The position numbers and the translations under genes were made by a program. A stretch of 64,000 nucleotides of DNA from NCBI GenBank assembly GCA_002482965.1, contig DLGZ01000025.1, positions 16,777-80,776 of the forward strand. The letters are read 5' to 3'. Source of the DNA: Verrucomicrobiaceae bacterium UBA7681. GTDB lineage: Bacteria; Verrucomicrobiota; Verrucomicrobiia; Verrucomicrobiales; Verrucomicrobiaceae. Of the stretch, positions 58,464 to 64,000 are shown one piece after another (within the stretch, counting starts at the first letter, position 1; the number at the start of each line of letters is the position of its first letter). The notes under the pieces were generated by a model, which was given only the letters and a program-made list of their open reading frames with translations, had not been told where the DNA came from and ran no database searches.

Positions 58464-58585
58464 ATTCACCGACCGAAGACTGACAGGTCAAGAATCGTCA
58501 TCTGCGTTTCTGGTGTTTTTTGAAACGCGGCGGCGGTTTTTGTGTGTCGGATTCGGCAATCCTGCATGTTGTTTGCAGGAGCGTT

Positions 58586-59050
58586 TTACAAACCGCCGAG
58601 TTTGCAGATGCGGTCCCAGTGTTTTGTTTCCACGGGGGTGATGGAGAGGCGGTTGCCGCGCTTGAGAGTGATCAGGTCTGCGAGCTTGGGATCGGCGCGG
58701 AGCATGTCGAGGGTGACGAAGGTTTCAAAGTCGGCCTCCCATTTGACATCGACCATGAGCCAGCGGGGGTCTTCGCGTTTGCTGCCTTTGTCGAAGTATT
58801 CGGAGGAGGGGTCGAACTGGGTGTGGTCGGGGTAGGCGTCCTTGACGATTTTCACGATGCCGGCGATGCCGGGGACGTCGCAACTGGAGTGGTAGAAGAA
58901 GCCGAGGTCTCCCTCGGCCATCTGGTCGCGCATCATGTTGCGGACCTGGTAATTGCGGACGCCGTTCCAGGGCTCGGTCTTTTTCGGGCGCTTCTTCAGG
59001 TGGTCGAAGGAGAAGACGTCGGGTTCGGTTTTGAGGAGCCAGTGATTCAT
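58586..59050 (-). CDS. EVE domain (PUA-like, DUF55) protein
   Basis: ATG at 59050. MNHWLLKTEPDVFSFD..W.GVRNYQVRN.MRD.M..GD..FFYHS......I.GI..I.. is the classic EVE N-terminal pattern. 154 aa. Confidence 0.88.
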   Translation of the reverse strand: MNHWLLKTEPDVFSFDHLKKRPKKTEPWNGVRNYQVRNMMRDQMAEGDLGFFYHSSCDVPGIAGIVKIVKDAYPDHTQFDPSSEYFDKGSKREDPRWLMVDVKWEADFETFVTLDMLRADPKLADLITLKRGNRLSITPVETKHWDRICKLGGL

Positions 59051-59089
59051 GAGGTTGGCCTACGGAAGGGGAAATTCGACTTGCCGGAC

Positions 59090-60202
59090 TTAGACGGTGA
59101 TGAGGCGGTTGCGGGCGGTGATGGGCCAGCGTTCGGTGGTTTTGAAGCCGTCGATGATGTAGGCTTCGCCGTGCATGGAGACGGTGGGGCAGACGTGGCG
59201 GGGGATGCCGTGGAGGGCCTGGCCGATGGTGAATTCGTGGGCGCGTTCGGTTTCGAGGACGAGGTGCTCCTCGCTCTGCATGACGACGGTGGCGTCGGGC
59301 AATTCTTCGAAGCGGACGCGGGGATGCGGGTTTTCAGGGGCGACGGATTTGTGGCCGAGGTCGAGGGTGATGCGGTTTTTGCCGGGCTTGCTGATGACGC
59401 GAGTTAGCAGGACGGCAGCGGGCTGGAAGGGGAGGTCGGCGAGGTATTTGTCGCCGTAGCCGAAGTCCCAGAGGACGGTGGTGCCGGGGCTGAGGGTGCG
59501 GTCCGGATAGGTGGCGTGGATGCCGAAGGTGGGGGAACCGCCGGCGACGAGTTCTTTGACGATGATGCCCTCTCCCTGCAAGCGGCAGCGGAACTGGAGG
59601 ACGGGGGCGAAGGCGGCGTCACAGCGCTCGCGGCGGACGTCGAGGCTGTCATCGTGAATGTGGCCGTCGTAGGCGTGGATGCCGCGGAACTGGAGACGGG
59701 GCATGTCTTTGAGGACGTGGGCGAGAATGACGGCCTCATCGCCGGGCAAGATGCCGGTGCGGCCCATGCCGCAGTCGATTTCTATGTAGACTCCGAGGGT
59801 GACCTTGTGCTGCTGGGCGGCGGAGGCGAGGTAGGAGATCGTTTCCTCGGCATCGGCGATGCTGGAGAACTGTGTTTCTGGGAACTTCGCGGCGAGGTCT
59901 GCCAGGCGATGCGCATTGATGCCGACGCAGGGCATGGCGAGGAGGACATCCGTGGCACCGACGGCAGCGCACATCTCGGCCTCGGCGATGGTGGAGGTCT
60001 TGAACTTGGTGATGCCGAGACGGAGTTGCATGGCAATGACCTCGGCTGCCTTGTGGGTCTTGACATGGGGGCGCAGGCGATTGGGATCGCCGGCAATCTG
60101 GAGCATGAGGGCTAGATTGTGCTCTATGCGACTGCGGTAGAACAGGAGCGAGGGCGATGGGATGTCAGCTTCGTTATCGACGTGGAACCAGGCGGGTTGC
60201 AT
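59090..60202 (-). CDS. D-TA family PLP-dependent enzyme (D-threonine aldolase / D-serine dehydratase-like, alanine-racemase-fold N-domain)
   Basis: The track start at 60238 is TTG; the in-frame ATG at 60202 (MQPAWFHVDN..) is preferred. SPSLLFY..IEHN. PLP-lysine context RPHVKTHK. C-terminal ..VCPTV...... segment typical of this family. Confidence 0.82.
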   Translation of the reverse strand: MQPAWFHVDNEADIPSPSLLFYRSRIEHNLALMLQIAGDPNRLRPHVKTHKAAEVIAMQLRLGITKFKTSTIAEAEMCAAVGATDVLLAMPCVGINAHRLADLAAKFPETQFSSIADAEETISYLASAAQQHKVTLGVYIEIDCGMGRTGILPGDEAVILAHVLKDMPRLQFRGIHAYDGHIHDDSLDVRRERCDAAFAPVLQFRCRLQGEGIIVKELVAGGSPTFGIHATYPDRTLSPGTTVLWDFGYGDKYLADLPFQPAAVLLTRVISKPGKNRITLDLGHKSVAPENPHPRVRFEELPDATVVMQSEEHLVLETERAHEFTIGQALHGIPRHVCPTVSMHGEAYIIDGFKTTERWPITARNRLITV

Positions 60203-60632
60203 GGAGCACAAAGTGGCGAGGACGTGCGGCGCGGTCAAATGCGCGCGTGAAGTGGATTTTTAATTCCAACAGCGGACGCAGAGAGGAGCATTTTTCGCGC
60301 GGGCGGCACGCTTGAGCGCGGCGGAGTTTCTTGCAAACGCTGCTGGTGGACTTGGTGTGTGGCGAAGGCGCTGGGTTTGCTTTCCGGTGACGACGTCTGG
60401 TACCAGGGGAGCCTCGCTGTGGCTCGGCACCCCTTCGCTATGATGCGCAGTCCCGTTGGGACTGCTGGAAAGCGGAATGGGATGACGAAAGGCAGTGACA
60501 ATCTGCCAAGGGCATTCCACGGCGTAAGTTGTGATGCGGCAGGGAAGACCTTCCGAAGGATTTTACGCCCCCCTGATGACTTGCCCAAGTAGAATTACAC
60601 CAGACTCTTTCTCGCGGAGCGAAATGGCTGCT

Positions 60633-60779
60633 TTAGGTGTTCTTCGGAATCCAGTCGCCATCGCGATAGTCGAGAGGTTTCTCTTTATCGGGATCATGAT
60701 CGAGTTTCACGGGCTGGAAGCCACTGCAGCCAGGGAGTATCAACAGAAAGGCGGCGAGAAGAAACAGGGACGGTTTCAT
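60633..60779 (-). CDS. 48-aa putative lipoprotein (below the ORF-track size cut-off)
   Basis: Hand translation of the minus strand gives MKPSLFLLAAFLLILPGCSGFQPVKLDHDPDKEKPLDYRDGDWIPKNT*. ATG at 60777-60779, TAA at 60633-60635. Textbook signal peptide plus lipobox L-P-G-C. Confidence 0.5.
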   Translation of the reverse strand: MKPSLFLLAAFLLILPGCSGFQPVKLDHDPDKEKPLDYRDGDWIPKNT

Positions 60780-60904
60780 GGCACGGAAGATGCGCGTTCC
60801 TATTGAAGGAGCAAGCTAACAAATGAGGGGGATGAAATCCGTTCATGCAGGCAGCGCAGTGCGGGCTTGACCGGGCTGTCACAAGCCTTCAGCATCTTGG
60901 CACC

Positions 60905-62053
60905 ATGATCCGCTCCTCTCTTGCCTTTGCTTTTGCCGCGCTCACCACCACCGCCATCGCGGGGGAAAATTTTCTCGTGTACTTCGGTACGAACACGAAT
61001 GCGAAGAATGGGAGCAAGGGGGTATACGTGGCAAGATTCAACACGGCGACGGGCGAACTGACGCAGCCTGAACTGGCGGTTGAGGCTGGCAACCCGGGAT
61101 TTTTGGCGATTCATCCGTCGAAAAAATTTCTGTATGCCTGCGGGGATGTCATGAACGCCGATGGCAAGAAGGCTGGGGGGATCAGTGCGTTTGGGATTGA
61201 GAAGGGAAGCGGGAAGCTGACGCTGATCAATCAGGCAGCGACGGCGGGAGCGGGACCCTGCCATGTGAGCGTGGACAAGACGGGGAAGATGGCGACGATC
61301 GCGAACTACGGCAGCGGGAGCATCGGTTCTTTTGCGATCAAGGAGGACGGCGCGGTCTCTCCGGAAGTGAGCTTTTTCCAGCATGAGGGCTCAGGCGCTG
61401 ACCCGAAGCGGCAGGCGGGACCGCATGCGCATTCGGTGAACTTCAGCCCGGACAACCGCTTTGCCTTCGCCTGCGACCTGGGTCTGGACAAGGTGCTGAT
61501 CTACAAGACCGACCCCGCCACGGGCAAGCTGACGCCGAACGATCCGCCCTTTGCGAAAACACCGGCGGGCGGCGGGCCGCGCCACCTGGCGTTTCACCCC
61601 AGCGGCAAGTTTGTCTTTGTGAACAACGAGATGGCCATGACGGAGACTGTGTTTGCCTACGATGCTGAAAAGGGTGCGCTCACGGAGATCCAAACCATCT
61701 CAACGCTGCCGGAAGCGGACCGTGGCAAGAAGGGCCTCAGCACGGCTGAAACGGTGGCGCATCCGAACGGGCGGGTGGTGTATGTTTCCAACCGCACGCA
61801 TGACACCATCGCCGTTTTTGCGTGCGATCCGGCCACCGGGAAACTGACGCTGCTGCAAAACGTGCCTGTCGAAGGCAAGATTCCCCGCAACATCTGCCTG
61901 GACCCGACGGGCAAGTGGCTCATCGCAGCGCATCAGGACAGTGCGACGGCGGCGCTTTTCAAGGTGGATCAGGACAGCGGCAAGCTGACTTTCACCGGCA
62001 CCAAGGTGAACGTGCCGGGCAGCATCTGCGTGCGGTTCCTCGCGCTTGATTAA
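60905..62053 (+). CDS. lactonase-family 7-bladed beta-propeller protein (YbhE/Pgl-like) with N-terminal signal peptide
   Basis: Start at ATG 60905 ([21 protein letters not shown]). Family-typical segments: ..GPCHVSVD..G....ANY..G....F, GPHAHS..FSPD..F....DLG.D....Y, GPRH..FHP.G...FV.NE, RV.YVSNR.HD.I..F. 382 aa. Confidence 0.85.
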   Translation: MIRSSLAFAFAALTTTAIAGENFLVYFGTNTNAKNGSKGVYVARFNTATGELTQPELAVEAGNPGFLAIHPSKKFLYACGDVMNADGKKAGGISAFGIEKGSGKLTLINQAATAGAGPCHVSVDKTGKMATIANYGSGSIGSFAIKEDGAVSPEVSFFQHEGSGADPKRQAGPHAHSVNFSPDNRFAFACDLGLDKVLIYKTDPATGKLTPNDPPFAKTPAGGGPRHLAFHPSGKFVFVNNEMAMTETVFAYDAEKGALTEIQTISTLPEADRGKKGLSTAETVAHPNGRVVYVSNRTHDTIAVFACDPATGKLTLLQNVPVEGKIPRNICLDPTGKWLIAAHQDSATAALFKVDQDSGKLTFTGTKVNVPGSICVRFLALD

Positions 62054-62097
62054 CCTGCCACAGCCTTTACTCTCATACCCCCCAAAACCCCAAGACT

Positions 62098-63036
62098 ATG
62101 ACCCAGCTCGATCAGCTCAAGCAGCACACCGTGGTGGTCGCCGACACCGGCGACTTCGAAGCCATGAAGGCCTACAAGCCTCAGGACGCCACGACCAACC
62201 CTTCCCTCATCCTCCAGGCCTCGCAGAAGGCTGAGTACAAGTCGCTGTTCGACAAAGCGGTCGCGGATGGCAAATCCGGTGGCGTGAGCGCTGTGATGGA
62301 CAACGTGGTGGTGGCCTTTGGCCTCGAAATTTTGAAGATCGTCCCAGGTCGTGTTTCGACGGAAGTGGATGCCCGCCTGTCCTTCGACACGCAGGCGAAC
62401 ATCGACAAGGCGCGCCAGTTGATCGGCATGTATGAAAAGGCAGGCATTGGCCGCGAGCGCATCCTCATCAAGATCGCCTCCACGTGGGAAGGCATCAAAG
62501 CGGCTGAAGTGCTGCAGAAGGAAGGCATCAACTGCAATCTGACGCTGCTTTTCAGTCTCGCGCAGGCGGTGGTTTGTGCTGAAGGCGGCATCAAGCTGAT
62601 CTCCCCATTCGTGGGCCGCATCCTTGACTGGCACAAGAAGAGCACGGGCAAGGATTTCGCGCCGACGGAAGATCCGGGCGTGCAGTCGGTGACGCAGATC
62701 TACAACTACTACAAGCACTTCGGCTACACGACGGAGATCATGGGAGCCAGCTTCCGCAACAAGGGCGAGATCACTGAACTCACCGGCTGCGACCTGCTGA
62801 CCATCAGCCCCGGCCTGCTGGGTGAACTTGCTGCGAGTGAAGAAGCCCTGGCTCCGAAGCTTAACGCCGCCAACGCGAAGTCCCTGCAGATCGAGAAGAT
62901 CGGCAGCGACGAGAAGACCTTCCGCTGGTTGTTCAACGAAGACGCGATGGCGACTGAGAAGACGGCTGAAGGCATTCGTAACTTCGCGAAGGACATCGTG
63001 AAGCTGGAGACGATGGTGGCGGCGGCTTTGGGCTGA
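62098..63036 (+). CDS. tal: transaldolase (TalB type)
   Basis: [38 protein letters not shown]. Active-site Lys context [12 protein letters not shown]. ..[26 protein letters not shown] pattern. 312 aa. Confidence 0.96.
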   Translation: MTQLDQLKQHTVVVADTGDFEAMKAYKPQDATTNPSLILQASQKAEYKSLFDKAVADGKSGGVSAVMDNVVVAFGLEILKIVPGRVSTEVDARLSFDTQANIDKARQLIGMYEKAGIGRERILIKIASTWEGIKAAEVLQKEGINCNLTLLFSLAQAVVCAEGGIKLISPFVGRILDWHKKSTGKDFAPTEDPGVQSVTQIYNYYKHFGYTTEIMGASFRNKGEITELTGCDLLTISPGLLGELAASEEALAPKLNAANAKSLQIEKIGSDEKTFRWLFNEDAMATEKTAEGIRNFAKDIVKLETMVAAALG

Positions 63037-63063
63037 GGTTTAGCCGAAAGAAAGGAAAGAGGT

Positions 63064-63110
63064 GAAAAAATCGGAGACTGAGTTCTCTGATTTTTTCCTT
63101 CTTTTGCTTT
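63064..63110 (+). terminator. rho-independent terminator after tal
   Basis: GAAAAAATC(G)GAGA-CTGAGT-TCTC(T)GATTTTTTC hairpin (arms at 63064-63072 and 63089-63097), running into the T-rich tract TTTTTTCCTTCTTTTGCTTTTT. Confidence 0.75.
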
Positions 63111-63131
63111 TTAGGCGTATCCCATTTTCAT

Positions 63132-63890
63132 ATGCTTACCAAACGCATCATTCCCTGTCTGGACGTGAAGGAAGGTCGTGTCGTCAAAGGCACGAAGTTC
63201 CTGCAACTGCGCGATGCCGGTGATCCGGTGGAGTGTGCGCAGGTGTACAATGCGCAGGGGGCGGATGAACTGGTGTTTCTGGACATCACGGCGAGCCATG
63301 AGGAGCGCAAGACGATGGTGGATGTGGTGGCACGCACGGCGGCGAGTTGTTTCATGCCGCTGACAGTGGGTGGTGGCATCCGTACCGTGGCGGACATGCG
63401 CGAGATGCTGCTGGCGGGTGCGGACAAGGTGGGGATCAACACCGCCGCCGTGAATACGCCGCACGTCATTGACGAGGCGGCGAATGCGTTTGGGTGCCAG
63501 TGCCTGGTGGTGGCCATTGATGCGAAGAGGAATGCGAATGGTTCCTGGACGGTTTATACGCATGGAGGCCGCAACGCGACGGAGCTGGATGCGGTGGAAT
63601 GGGCGGTGGAGGTTTGCCGGCGCGGTGCGGGTGAGATTTTGCTGACGAGCATGGACTCGGATGGAACGAAGGCGGGTTATGACATCGCGCTGACCAAGGC
63701 CGTGAGCGAGGCGGTGACGATTCCGGTGATCGCCAGCGGTGGCGCAGGGAACATTGACCACATGGTGGATGTTTTGAGAGATGGGAAAGCGGATGCGGTG
63801 CTGGCGGCGAGCATTTTCCACTTTGGAGAGTACACCGTGGGGGATGTGAAGAAGTATCTGGGTGCGCGTGGGGTGCCGGTGAGGCTGTAG
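63132..63890 (+). CDS. hisF: imidazole glycerol phosphate synthase cyclase subunit HisF
   Basis: [32 protein letters not shown]...[22 protein letters not shown]. ..ASGGAG... 252 aa. Confidence 0.96.
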   Translation: MLTKRIIPCLDVKEGRVVKGTKFLQLRDAGDPVECAQVYNAQGADELVFLDITASHEERKTMVDVVARTAASCFMPLTVGGGIRTVADMREMLLAGADKVGINTAAVNTPHVIDEAANAFGCQCLVVAIDAKRNANGSWTVYTHGGRNATELDAVEWAVEVCRRGAGEILLTSMDSDGTKAGYDIALTKAVSEAVTIPVIASGGAGNIDHMVDVLRDGKADAVLAASIFHFGEYTVGDVKKYLGARGVPVRL

Positions 63891-64000
63891 CGAGAGGGGC
63901 TTGCCTGCGAATGGTGAGGGCGCCTCTTGTACTCAAACGGTGAAGAGACAGTTCGTCGAATTTTTGGGGATATGGAGCTTTTATCGCGCCGATGTGCGCC

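Noticed and set aside
58520-59407. 295-aa plus-strand ORF spanning the EVE and PLP-enzyme genes, and 59516-60115 (199 aa)
   Set aside because: They lie antisense to two genes with clear family signatures. Composition is G/D/E/A/V-rich shadow.
60360-60480. Possible glycine riboswitch in the leader of the D-threonine-aldolase-like gene (minus-strand AGCGAAGGGGUGCC resembles ACCGAAGGGGCAA)
   Set aside because: Only a partial match to one conserved element. The GGAGAG/CUCUGGAGAG elements and the tandem-aptamer layout are absent. Not supportable without an Infernal search.
60235-60592. 117-aa (minus) and 77-aa (plus) ORFs in the 394-bp gap
   Set aside because: No signal, motif or coding-like composition. 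The two overlap each other, and the minus ORF runs into the PLP-enzyme start. The region is treated as non-coding; see the structured-RNA finding.

Overview
High-GC (about 60% by eye) bacterial chromosomal window. The gene content is PEP-CTERM proteins, giant 'autotransporter-associated beta-strand repeat' proteins, DUF1501 plus DUF1549/DUF1553 exported proteins, DUF1080 and several sulfatases. This points to Verrucomicrobiota/PVC, which is inference only. I support 25 protein-coding genes and found no rRNA, tRNA, CRISPR array, IS or prophage. About 58% of the window (37.1 kb) is two same-strand giant ORFs separated by a 342-bp AT-rich spacer: 17118-31385 (4755 aa) and 31785-54629 (7614 aa). 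Both have Sec signal peptides, dozens of Gly/Thr/Ser/Asn-rich beta-strand repeats, no beta-barrel translocator and no enzymatic domain. Both share a paralogous module of about 380 aa near the C-terminus and end in a PEP-CTERM signal (VPEPSR + hydrophobic helix + RRRR). This tandem pair is my main candidate for an undescribed system: an exosortase-dependent giant surface fibre or adhesin, apparently built by fusion of 2-3 kaa units. The second candidate is a tightly packed four-gene operon (4612-11926, minus strand) of exported proteins of unknown function: Tat-signal DUF1501, an 807-aa protein with PPC-like domains, a Big_2/DUF1549/DUF1553 protein, and a CxxCH/WD40 propeller. The rest is housekeeping or accessory metabolism: ABC-F ATPase, three NAD(P) dehydrogenases (possibly tetronate catabolism), hflK-hflC, two formylglycine-type sulfatases with a coupled small secreted protein, an EVE-domain protein, a D-threonine-aldolase-like PLP enzyme, a signal-peptide-bearing lactonase, transaldolase and hisF. 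Many long ORFs in the track are antisense or out-of-frame shadows typical of high-GC DNA. Several track ORFs overshoot the real start codon, because the track also accepts TTG starts. All domain calls come from motif recognition by eye; no searches were run.
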